Shown here piece by piece: positions 55,535 through 64,000 of a stretch of 64,000 nt of DNA; positions within the stretch are counted from its first letter, which is position 1, and every line of letters starts with the position of its first letter. The position numbers and the translations under genes were made by a program. The notes under the pieces were generated by a model. That model had not been told where the DNA came from and ran no database searches. It saw only the letters and a program-made list of their open reading frames with translations. This DNA comes from Candidatus Bathyarchaeota archaeon (GTDB lineage: Archaea; Thermoproteota; Bathyarchaeia; 40CM-2-53-6), in the NCBI GenBank assembly GCA_963783645.1, contig CAWAOH010000010.1:26818-90817 (forward strand). The letters run 5' to 3'.

Positions 55535-56203
55535 TTACGTACCTGTCATGTAGAAACTAAAAGGCGCATTGTTATCTACTATTGTAAAGTTGGCCCCCAT
55601 GGGAAAGTTGGCCGGAGGATAGGTGACCCCAGGAAAGTTGACCTGAGGAAATCCAAGTGAATAAGACGCCGGATAGGAGTAGCTGTAGTACCCGTAATTG
55701 TAGAGATATTGACCGCCCCATGAGCCAGTGTAGCTATAATGGTAAATCGTACCGTATCCTTGACTGGCTAATGTGCATAGCCAATAGACTCCTGGAGTGC
55801 TGATCGTAAGATAATCGGATGGTGCGAGCTGCCATGTTTCCCAAGCAGGTCCGTAGGTTTCCCTAACCTGAAGGCAATATCCGTTCTGCGTAGCAGCAAC
55901 AAGTTTCTGACCGTAAGGACTTCCATCACCGTTGTCTGCGTATATCCCGAACTTAATGCACTGGCTCCCGTCAGATCCAGTATAACTCATGTACAACGAA
56001 ACTGACTGCATAACGGTTGGATGACTCACAGTGATTTTAGTAAGCGCGACAACATACTGTTGCACAAGCGTACTCGTTATTGGTTCAATGGCTGTATCCC
56101 CGTAGTTGGTTGATGCAAAAACGGATTGCGAAGCGATCAATGTAACTGCTGCCAGAATGAGCAGCACTGCAACCCCGCACCTTCTCAACTCTCTTGCATT
56201 CAT
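55535..56203 (-). CDS. secreted protein: beta-rich domain plus Tyr/Gly/Ser-rich C-terminal region
   Basis: Signal-peptide-like 'RRCGVAVLLILAAVTLIASQSVFAS'. C-terminus 'YHYSYTGSWGGQYLYNYGYYSYSYPASYSLGFP'. No family assigned. Confidence 0.5.
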   Translation of the reverse strand: MNARELRRCGVAVLLILAAVTLIASQSVFASTNYGDTAIEPITSTLVQQYVVALTKITVSHPTVMQSVSLYMSYTGSDGSQCIKFGIYADNGDGSPYGQKLVAATQNGYCLQVRETYGPAWETWQLAPSDYLTISTPGVYWLCTLASQGYGTIYHYSYTGSWGGQYLYNYGYYSYSYPASYSLGFPQVNFPGVTYPPANFPMGANFTIVDNNAPFSFYMTGT

Positions 56204-56245
56204 TAAGGGATCGTATCGAATATACGACGCGCCAAGATATATGGA

Positions 56246-56295
56246 TTAACGTTCAACAACAAGTATATTCATTAACGTTCAATAACTTAACGTTC
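56246..56295 (-). promoter_or_regulatory. three copies of TTAACGTTCA (56246, 56272, 56287) in a divergent promoter region
   Basis: Read directly. Each is the reverse complement of the GAACGTTAA core of the 28205/31870 boxes, i.e. in the same orientation relative to the downstream minus-strand gene (start 56203). Confidence 0.55.
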
Positions 56296-56383
56296 ATCAA
56301 TTAAGGATGATTTGCTTGCTGTGCCGATATTATGCGCGCGATTGTTTTGTACTAGGCAGCGTACAACCCCTCGAGAGTACCCT

Positions 56384-56833
56384 ATGAATCCCGTTCTACA
56401 GGTCGACAAGGATGAGTGGGAAACCTTTCTCTCAGGGTTCTCAAAGCTGGCAAAGAACTACGAACTCATTCTCGGTAAGCTAGATCTGGCTCTCGCTCAG
56501 ATTGAGGTTCAACGCAAGAAAAACAGGCAACTCGAGGATGAACTAGATGAAATCAAACAAGACCAATCGGCAAAGAACCCCAACGAAGCTGAACACACCG
56601 TTAAGACTAAGCCTGGTTTTCTGGAATTCTTTTCTCGGATCGGACTATTCCGATTAACTCGAAGGCCACAGACAATTACATACGCATCGTGTCGGAGGTG
56701 TGGCTATGTAATCAAGCGGGCGAGTAGATTTTGTGTAGGCTGTGGTGCGGACTTTGGTGCGTTCGTCTGTCCTTGTGGTCGGGGCGTGTCCCCTGATGAC
56801 AAGTTCTGCGATCAGTGCGGACGCACAACATGA
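56384..56833 (+). CDS. coiled-coil protein with C-terminal double zinc ribbon
   Basis: Coiled coil 'LDLALAQIEVQRKKNRQLEDELDEIKQ'. C-terminus 'CRRCGYVIKRASRFCVGCG...CPCGRGVSPDDKFCDQCG'. ATG 56384 is preferred to TTG 56312. Confidence 0.55.
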   Translation: MNPVLQVDKDEWETFLSGFSKLAKNYELILGKLDLALAQIEVQRKKNRQLEDELDEIKQDQSAKNPNEAEHTVKTKPGFLEFFSRIGLFRLTRRPQTITYASCRRCGYVIKRASRFCVGCGADFGAFVCPCGRGVSPDDKFCDQCGRTT

Positions 56834-56846
56834 CTTTCTTAGATGC

Positions 56847-57125
56847 CTATTTTGAAATCCGTTTCTCCGTTTCTCTAGCGAGACGCGCCATAGTTTCCCT
56901 GGCTCTACGGAGAGATTCATCTGATTGACTCTTGCTAATGTTCACGCTTGCCTCTAGAGATTCCAACTTCTCCTTTGATGCTTTGAGTTCTTCGCGCAGC
57001 TGCCTATCCATCTTCTCAAGGGAGTCGATTTTTTCAATGAGTTTTTGTGACCTTTCGAGAAGCGCTTGGTTGTCTGATAAGAAGGCTTCGAACTCCTTTC
57101 GGTCCACCGTAACACGTTCAGACAT
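56847..57125 (-). CDS. coiled-coil protein, paralogue of the N-terminal half of 56384..56833
   Basis: 'VDRKEFEAFLSDNQALLERSQKLIEKID...DRQLREEL' aligns with 'VDKDEWETFLSGFSKLAKNYELILGKLD...NRQLEDEL'. Confidence 0.45.
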   Translation of the reverse strand: MSERVTVDRKEFEAFLSDNQALLERSQKLIEKIDSLEKMDRQLREELKASKEKLESLEASVNISKSQSDESLRRARETMARLARETEKRISK

Positions 57126-57408
57126 AAATCGCTCGTGGTCTATGACTATGATTCCAGTATATGAGGTCTTTCAAGTCGCCTGATCGTTTCAAATCGTTCT
57201 CTACCTATTTCATCAACCATATGTTGCAATCGAGATGCCCCGGATGCGCTCGCTCAATACGAAACCTTCAATGATGACCTGGAATCTCTTTCCAACCATT
57301 TGCTGTTCAACTGTCGCGGACGGTTGATAGAACCGTCAACGTTTTTGTGTTGATCTCTAAAATAACCAGCTACCTAGATGTTTCACGAGCCTGCTGGAGC
57401 GACTGGAC

Positions 57409-59312
57409 ATGTCCGAACATTATTCAGCTGATCAAATCCAAGTATTGGATGACTTGGAGGCTGTTCGAAAAAGGCCTGCGATGTACATTGGCAGCACCGA
57501 CATTCGTGGCCTTCATCACCTTGTATTTGAAGTTGTTGACAACTCAATCGACGAGGCGCTTGGAGGATTCTGTAAGAATATCAAAGTAACACTGATCCAG
57601 GATGGATCAGTAACAGTGCGGACGATGGGCGAGGCATTCCGGTCGAGACACATGTTCAAACTGGCAGACCGGCATTAGAAGTTGTCATGACTATGCTACA
57701 TGCCGGAGGAAAGTTCGACCACAAGACGTACCAAGTTTCAGGAGGTCTTCATGGAATCGGTGTGTCAGCGGTCAACGCTCTCAGCGAATGGCTTGAGACT
57801 GAGGTGCACCTGAAGGGGCATTCCTTCAAACAGCGATATGAGCGAGGAGTACCAGTGACTCCAGTCCAAGAAATCGGTGCGAGCGATGATCACGGAACAA
57901 TAGTCAGTTTCAAACCCGACGCTCAAATATTCGAAGACATAAAGTTCGACAACAAAATCATTCTAGGCAGACTCAGAGAACTTGCCTTCCTTACGGATGG
58001 ACTCGCTATCACCTTCACGGATCAGAGAGTAACTCCACCTAAGTCTCGAAGTTTCAAATATCAAGGTGGTATCAGAGAGTTCATAACGTATCTCAACGAA
58101 TCGAAGAATACCCTTCATGACGACGTGGTTCACGTTTCAGGAAGCAGGACAGACGTCCGAGTAGATTGTGCATTTCAATACACAGACGATTATTCATGGA
58201 GTATCCACACGTTCGCAAACAACATCAACACACGTGAAGGCGGATCGCATCTTGTCGGTTTGAAGGCCGCGTTGACGCGCGCGATCACCGATTATGCCTC
58301 TGGACACGAGCTTATCGATGAAGAGAAACTGAAGATTCAAGGCGACGATGTCCGTGAGGGACTAACTGCTGTCTTGAGTGTGAGATTACCGAATCCGCAA
58401 TTTGAAGGTCAGACAAAAGGAAGACTCGGCAACAGCGAGATCAGAGGAATCGTTGAATCAGTTCTATATGACGGGTTGAAAACCTACTTTTCAGAGAAAC
58501 CAACCGTCGCCAAAACTATCGTGCAACGGACAGCAGAGACAGCAAGAGCAAGAGTTGCAGCCAGAGAGGCCAAAGAACTCGTCCGCAAGAAAACTTCACT
58601 GGAAGGTGTAACGCTTCCAGGAAAATTGGCTGACTGCCAGATTCATGATCCAGAAAAAACTGAACTCTTCATAGTAGAAGGAGATTCAGCAGGTGGAAGC
58701 GCCAAACAAGCACGAGATCGACGAATACAAGCAATTTTGCCCTTGCGCGGTAAGATTCTGAATGTGGAGAAACACGGATTCAGTCGTATTCTCGATAACA
58801 ATGAGATACGTGCACTAGTAACCGCAATTGGATCAGGGATCGGAGACGCTTTCGACCTGAACGGTCTGCGGTACGCCAAAATCGTTCTCCTTACTGACGC
58901 GGATGTCGATGGTGCACATATCCGGACACTTCTTCTGACTTTTCTCTATCGCCACATGCCGCAACTTATTGAAGCTGGTAAAGTCTTCATCGCGCAGCCT
59001 CCTCTCTACCGTATACGAAAAGGTGACAAGATTTTCAATGCTATGAGCGAGAAAGAGCGGAAACGGATTATCGAACAGGAACTCAAGGGTAAACCAGACC
59101 TCGTGCAGAGATTCAAAGGGTTGGGCGAGATGAACCCCAGCGAGTTATGGGAAACAACCATGAACCCTCTCTCTCGCTCCTTGCTCAATGTCACAGTCGA
59201 CGATGCTGCGGAAGCAGACAAGGTGTTCTCCACGTTAATGGGAGATGTTGTCGAACCAAGGCGCCAATTCATCCAAGAGAACGCTGACGAAGTAGATTGG
59301 CTCGATATTTGA
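57409..59312 (+). CDS. gyrB: DNA gyrase subunit B, interrupted by a 1-nt frameshift (57409..57678 + 57687..59312)
   Basis: '[11 protein letters not shown]', '[14 protein letters not shown]'. After a -1 shift at ~57616-57621 it reads '[34 protein letters not shown]', then '[11 protein letters not shown]', '[11 protein letters not shown]', '[12 protein letters not shown]'. Confidence 0.9.
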
Positions 59313-59321
59313 GGATGAACG

Positions 59322-61781
59322 TTGAGCAATCCAGGAGAACGTATCAAACCAGTCGCTATCGAGACAGAGATGCGAAGATCCTACATCAAATATGCTATGA
59401 GCGTTATCGTCGGCCGTGCACTTCCTGATGTGAGAGATGGGCTGAAACCAGTCCAGCGACGAATCTTGTACGCGATACATGGTCTCGGTCTATCATCGAA
59501 AAGCCAGCACAAAAAGTCAGCAAGAGTTGTAGGAGAGGTACTAGGGAAGTACCATCCTCACGGCGAGATCGCGGTTTACGACGCATTAGTTAGAATGGCA
59601 CAAGACTTCACGATGCGCTACCCTCTCATTGACGGCCAGGGAAATTTCGGAAGCATAGATGGTGATTCCCCTGCCGCAATCCGATATACAGAGACTAGAC
59701 TCACGAGGCTTGCGGAGGAAATGCTTGACGAGCTCGAAAAGAGCCCAGTGGACTGGATGCCCAACTTCGATGACTCCCTCCAAGAACCAGTTGTTCTCCC
59801 AGTAAGATTTCCCAGTCTGCTTGTGAATGGCGCTTCCGGCATAGCTGTGGGAATGAGTTGCAGCATTCCCCCACACAATATGAGTGAGGTCATAGATGCT
59901 CTTGCATATTTGATCGACCATCCTGCGGCTAATATCGAAGATCTTCTAGGGTTCATCAAAGGTCCAGATTTTCCAACTGGAGGGATTGTATACGAAGCTA
60001 CGTCATTGCTGCAAACCTACAAACAAGGTCGAGGCTCGATAAGAATACTCGGGCGAATTGAGGAAGAAATTGCAAAAGGTGATCGAAAGCGGCTCGTGAT
60101 CACCGAGGTTCCTTTCCAAGTAAACAAGTCAAAAATCGTTGAGGACATTGCCAATCTCGTTAGGGAAGGCGAGATTGATGGAATCTCGAACATAAGAGAT
60201 GAATCGAGTCGCGAGGGTATCAGAGTAACCATTGATCTCAAGTCGGGATCTCAGCCAGAAGTTGTCAAGGGACAACTTTACAAGCTTACTCAATTGCACA
60301 CAACCTTCAGTTACATCAACCTCGTTCTCGTTGGCGGAAGACCCCAAATTCTCGATCTGAGACAGACACTCCAAGCCTTCATTGATCATCGAATCAGCGT
60401 AATAGAACGCCGATCAAAGCATGATCTACAACAGGCACAAGAGCGACTCAACATACTGGAAGGCTACACCATAGCACTGAAGAACATCGACAAAGTGATC
60501 TCCATACTTCGCAATGCCACCGAGCCAAAAGAAGCCTCGATAACCCTCAAGGAGCTGCACTTTGACGATCATCAAATTGACGCCATCTTAGAAATGAAAC
60601 TCCACCAGCTAACAAAACTGGAAGCAAACAAAATACAGAAGGAATCTGACGAGAAACGCTCTGAGATAGCGGATTTCCAGGAAGTCCTCAGTGAACGCTC
60701 CAAGTTACTTGCAGTTCTAAAGAATGAACTTCTGCAAGTTAAGAAGGAATATGGAGATACAAGACGAACCGAAATCAGACCAGAAAGCATCAACTTTGAC
60801 GTTGAACTCGTAATCCGAGATGAACTAGTACTCGTATTCCTATCAAACGATGGCTACATCAAACGCGTGGGATCGAAGTCCTTCCAAGTCTTAGAACGAG
60901 GAGCTCCGGGAATCCCGTCGATTGATTTGAAAGAACAAGACAAGGTTCTAAGAGTGATTTCCGCACGGACTCTCCAGACGATGGTTTTCGTTACTAATCA
61001 AGGAAAAGCATACACGTTGAAAGCACATGAGATTCCAGAAGGCACAAGATCAGCACGCGGTACACCCGCAGTCAACCGATTACAACTGGCTGACGAAGAG
61101 AAAATAGTCGAGATTGTTGCGGTAGATACTTTCTCTCCGACACAGTATCTAACACTGATAACGCGAAAAGGTACTGTAAAGCGGACACCTCTAGATGCGT
61201 TTTCAAATGTTCGTTCGACTGGTATTATCGCCACGCAACTTGACAACACAGACAGCCTCGCAAAGGCAATCGTAACGACAGGCGACGGGCAAGTCGCCGT
61301 TACCACTTCTGATGGCCTAATAATTCGTTTTGAGGAAGCTGACATCTCAGTGATGGGGAGGACTGCGAAAGGTGTGACAGGAATCAGACTTGAGGAGGGT
61401 AGTGAAGTTGCAGGGGCGTGTTTTCTTCCTCACGGTCAGAAAGGATTGGCAATCTTGGCTGTTTCAAAGAGGGGTTATGGAAAGAGAACACCGGTTGAAG
61501 CGTTTCGCCTTCAGAAGCGTGGAGGTTCCGGAATCGTAGGATTCAACGTGAACAGCAAGTCTGGCAACTTGATCGGAGTTCTTCCTTTGACTGAGCAGTT
61601 CGACGTGCTCTTGATATCGGAAAGAGGACAAACTTTACGAATTAATTCCGGCTCCATCGCACTCCAACGTAGAACTGCAGCCGGTAACAGATTAATCAAA
61701 TTAGATGAGGGCGACGCCGTCGCTTCGATAACGGCGACTCTTTCCGAACTACCTGAAACCAAGATGACTAGGAGAAGATGA
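59322..61781 (+). CDS. gyrA: DNA gyrase subunit A
   Basis: '[15 protein letters not shown]', '[22 protein letters not shown]', '[10 protein letters not shown]' (active-site Tyr), C-terminal beta-pinwheel repeats. TTG start. Confidence 0.9.
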   Translation: MSNPGERIKPVAIETEMRRSYIKYAMSVIVGRALPDVRDGLKPVQRRILYAIHGLGLSSKSQHKKSARVVGEVLGKYHPHGEIAVYDALVRMAQDFTMRYPLIDGQGNFGSIDGDSPAAIRYTETRLTRLAEEMLDELEKSPVDWMPNFDDSLQEPVVLPVRFPSLLVNGASGIAVGMSCSIPPHNMSEVIDALAYLIDHPAANIEDLLGFIKGPDFPTGGIVYEATSLLQTYKQGRGSIRILGRIEEEIAKGDRKRLVITEVPFQVNKSKIVEDIANLVREGEIDGISNIRDESSREGIRVTIDLKSGSQPEVVKGQLYKLTQLHTTFSYINLVLVGGRPQILDLRQTLQAFIDHRISVIERRSKHDLQQAQERLNILEGYTIALKNIDKVISILRNATEPKEASITLKELHFDDHQIDAILEMKLHQLTKLEANKIQKESDEKRSEIADFQEVLSERSKLLAVLKNELLQVKKEYGDTRRTEIRPESINFDVELVIRDELVLVFLSNDGYIKRVGSKSFQVLERGAPGIPSIDLKEQDKVLRVISARTLQTMVFVTNQGKAYTLKAHEIPEGTRSARGTPAVNRLQLADEEKIVEIVAVDTFSPTQYLTLITRKGTVKRTPLDAFSNVRSTGIIATQLDNTDSLAKAIVTTGDGQVAVTTSDGLIIRFEEADISVMGRTAKGVTGIRLEEGSEVAGACFLPHGQKGLAILAVSKRGYGKRTPVEAFRLQKRGGSGIVGFNVNSKSGNLIGVLPLTEQFDVLLISERGQTLRINSGSIALQRRTAAGNRLIKLDEGDAVASITATLSELPETKMTRRR

Positions 61782-62011
61782 TGCAAGGCATCAGAATTTT
61801 CATGGATGTTAATATTCAGGCATAGTTGGAAAATGGTGAGGAAAAAAACGTAGAAAAACGTTACTTGGCTACATTCAGCCCCTTATTTCTTCACTTTCTT
61901 CTTTTTGTGGGCTTTTGCCACCAGACGTCTCACCTCAAAGCGTTTTCAGCTAGTTAGCCCTGAATCTAGACGTATGCGCTGTTTATGCTTAAAAAATAAT
62001 CAAATCCTGAA

Positions 62012-62662
62012 ATGAATAGACCTAGTCAATATATTGCGGCCCGTCGAACTCGAGCGGGACTCGAAATGATCACTGGGATGAACTTCAACCATCAGTTCGA
62101 CGAAGTGGACTTTGACGATCGTGAATTAGAGGTTCTGAATTTCCTATCGAGTGAACAGAATGCGTATTTTACTTTTCAGGGTTTGAGAAGAAGATTGGGT
62201 TTACATCAGGAGACTCTTACAAGAACTCTCAAGCGACTTGAAGAGGCAAATGCAATCGAGCGATCAAGTGAAGGATACAGGATAAGAGCGGGCTCAAACG
62301 ATTCGTTCTCATTCTGCGTAAGAACGAATCAGTCGTTTAAGCAAGTGATCGATGCGTATCTCCCTGCAGAGATTGATGTCACCTTTCTTTATGAGAGGTT
62401 GAAAGGCAGATGGTTCAGCAACTTTCGCTGGTTGGGTCACTCCCATGACGGCCAAGAACTATCTATGAGTTGGATCAGCGAAGATGGCCAAATGCAATTG
62501 CAGGCACACGTAACTAAGGGAAAGATAACAATAGGTATCGGATCGACAGGAGCTCTCGCAGAGACCCCAAGAATCGCTGCGGCTTACCAGCTTTTCGAAC
62601 ACATTAGCAAGGCAACTGAGGAAATAGTTCAATCTCATAATAGTCAAGCCGTGGCCAATTGA
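62012..62662 (+). CDS. winged-helix transcriptional regulator with C-terminal domain
   Basis: 'FQGLRRRLGLHQETLTRTLKRLEEANAIERSSEGYRI' is a wHTH. The ~110-aa C-terminal domain is unassigned. Confidence 0.55.
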   Translation: MNRPSQYIAARRTRAGLEMITGMNFNHQFDEVDFDDRELEVLNFLSSEQNAYFTFQGLRRRLGLHQETLTRTLKRLEEANAIERSSEGYRIRAGSNDSFSFCVRTNQSFKQVIDAYLPAEIDVTFLYERLKGRWFSNFRWLGHSHDGQELSMSWISEDGQMQLQAHVTKGKITIGIGSTGALAETPRIAAAYQLFEHISKATEEIVQSHNSQAVAN

Positions 62663-62827
62663 CTCTTCAGATTATCATCAGAAAAGACTGGTAAAATGTG
62701 ATCACGTCCTCGATTCTGCGTATGGAGAGAGCATGTTTTAGGTGGATCTTGGGAGGCCGCGTATTGTCAGATTCAGAAGTGACACGCAAATCTTCTTAAT
62801 TGGTCTTCGCGATGGCGTTCCTATTAG

Positions 62828-63226
62828 GTGTATTTAATGTCAGAGAGACGGATTATTGACGACGCCACCTTTCCGAATGAATGGCCCAAGGTAGGCGACC
62901 ATGAAGGTCATGAGGTTCGGAAGAAGGAAGGCGTCAGCAAAGAGCTCGGCGTGCACGGTGTCGCTGTTGCAGTAGACTTCGACATTTGTATCGCTGACGG
63001 AATATGTATCTCCGTTTGTCCAGTCAACGTTTTTGACAAAATGGACATTCCAAGTGAAAAAGAGAGAATGGACAAGCAAACGCCGAACGATAGCGGAAAA
63101 TCGCTGCTGGACACTTGGAAAGCAGACCCGGCTCGAGAACGGGATTGTATATTCTGCAGAGCCTGTGAGATACAGTGTCCCGTCCAAGCGATCAAGATCA
63201 CCGAAGGCATAGGGCCCTTCGCGTGA
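62828..63226 (+). CDS. dicluster ferredoxin with His-rich N-terminal extension (Zn-ferredoxin-like)
   Basis: 'CIADGICISVCP' (CxxDxxCxxxCP, 3Fe-4S type) and 'CIFCRACEIQCP'. The N-terminal 'GDHEGHEV' is reminiscent of Sulfolobus/Thermoplasma Zn-ferredoxins. Probable ATG at 62837. Confidence 0.7.
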   Translation: MYLMSERRIIDDATFPNEWPKVGDHEGHEVRKKEGVSKELGVHGVAVAVDFDICIADGICISVCPVNVFDKMDIPSEKERMDKQTPNDSGKSLLDTWKADPARERDCIFCRACEIQCPVQAIKITEGIGPFA

Positions 63227-63379
63227 TTACCTTTTTTTCTGACTCAACTACTCACTCTTGCATCGATCACAAATCAGTGCTTAGACACTCCCTCCGCGAC
63301 CAATTATCTGCGCTCGTAACTCGTACGGAAACGTTAAGTTACTCGGTTAACGGCTAGCGAATCCAGCGAGAGACGATTC

Positions 63380-63883
63380 TTGGCAAACGAGGATTTTGAA
63401 ACGTTTAGTGTCTATAATTTCTCGATAGACTACCCGCCTGTGTGCCGCGTTGAATTCAACCCAAAGACCAGACGTGAAGGCGGAGACATCGTATTTCACT
63501 TCCCGGACCGAGAGAAAGTATTTCTTTCTTGGGGGAATCTGGAAAAAGCCGAGAAAAAGTTTGAGACTGCCGAGAAACAAGCAGAACACAGCCTCCAAGT
63601 TGTGAAGAAGAGCGGTAACGTCAAGAAAATGGAAAAATTGTCGAGCGATTCACTGACGCTGAACTCCCACAAGGCAGCTTACAACCGCGTTAGGCTCGAC
63701 GAACAATCTGGAGGCCTGTTCCCGGGAAAAAGAACTGTTCCTCACGACGCTTATTCAGTACATTTGCACTGCGATAAATCATCACGATACTTTGTCATCT
63801 ACACAATGCTCTCCCCTAAGGCACCTGAGGATTTTGGCGATGCCATCTTCATGGTGATGACAAAGTCATTCAAATGTCATTGA
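63380..63883 (+). CDS. hypothetical protein
   Basis: 167-aa ORF (TTG start); no motif recognised. Weak AACGTTAA / GTTAACG words lie 30-50 nt upstream. Confidence 0.4.
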   Translation: MANEDFETFSVYNFSIDYPPVCRVEFNPKTRREGGDIVFHFPDREKVFLSWGNLEKAEKKFETAEKQAEHSLQVVKKSGNVKKMEKLSSDSLTLNSHKAAYNRVRLDEQSGGLFPGKRTVPHDAYSVHLHCDKSSRYFVIYTMLSPKAPEDFGDAIFMVMTKSFKCH

Positions 63884-64000
63884 ATTCGGAAAAGTGCTGA
63901 ACCCTGGGAGAGCACTGTCATTAAACCTACATTTACTCTCCCTGAGAGGATGACATACCAGTCTCCCATGTAGCGCACGCACAATTAGCAATATTAAATG

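Noticed and set aside
57616-57621. The gyrB frameshift (and the other nine) as programmed ribosomal frameshifts.
   Set aside because: There is no slippery heptamer or downstream structure. The sites are heterogeneous, involve both +1 and -1 changes and mostly lie in homopolymers, so sequencing indels are the parsimonious explanation.
1-64000. A search by eye for CRISPR arrays, rRNA, transposases/IS ends, integrases, and restriction-modification or other known defence genes.
   Set aside because: None were recognised. The only longer repeats are the htpX inverted tract, the SSB 24-mer array and the short promoter boxes listed above.

Overview
This 64-kb stretch reads like an archaeal chromosome. 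Supporting features are a crenarchaeal-type single-OB SSB with an RGG/GGY tail, a Zn-ferredoxin-like dicluster ferredoxin, DUF929- and DUF1404/CtaG-like proteins, many ArsR/wHTH regulators, a class II RNR and gyrase. Lineage cannot be fixed from here; Thermoplasmata-like or TACK-like is only my guess. The window is gene-dense on both strands. I recognised no rRNA, tRNA, CRISPR array, transposase or integrase.

Recognisable content:
- Salvage and transport: MTA/5'-dA-type deaminase, a NUDIX-eIF2B-like fusion, MFS, LysE and EamA transporters, four CBS-domain proteins.
- Metabolism: saccharopine-dehydrogenase-like enzyme, FrhB-family Fe-S protein, pyrD, SDR, methyltransferase, enoyl-CoA hydratase.
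- Redox and metals: Rieske protein with a DoxX protein; a block of radical SAM/SPASM, metal permease, blue-copper protein, CtaG-like protein and TetR.
- Heme cluster: hemC-hemD-hemB-hemQ-(hemL remnant)-hemE-hemH.
- Information processing and housekeeping: serS, nrdJ, queC / queD-folE, mpg, GT2, pmbA-tldD, SSB, gyrB-gyrA.

Points worth a second look:
1. At least 10 conserved genes, including gyrB, pyrD and hemD, are broken by single-base frameshifts. Eight of the ten can be placed at short homopolymer runs, so these are probably sequencing or assembly indels.
2. Separately there are genuine gene remnants: an htpX copy with a nonsense codon, a hemL stub, a pdaD wreck, a hotdog-thioesterase stub and a fragment of a membrane-protein gene.
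3. An identical 17-nt box lies upstream of both the TetR gene and the radical-SAM gene. Its core is repeated three times upstream of a secreted Tyr-rich protein, which suggests a small dispersed regulon.
4. There is a three-gene Zn-ribbon / coiled-coil / SPFH-Zn-ribbon cassette resembling bacterial ydjGHI.
5. Coproporphyrin-type heme genes co-occur with an AhbD/NirJ-like radical SAM enzyme.
6. Two inverted htpX paralogues 6 kb apart share a 257-bp, 99%-identical conversion tract.
7. A 1.5-kb insert with an RHH gene, tiny Zn-ribbon ORFs and dense repeats splits queC from queD-folE.

All family assignments were made by eye from motifs. No database search was possible.
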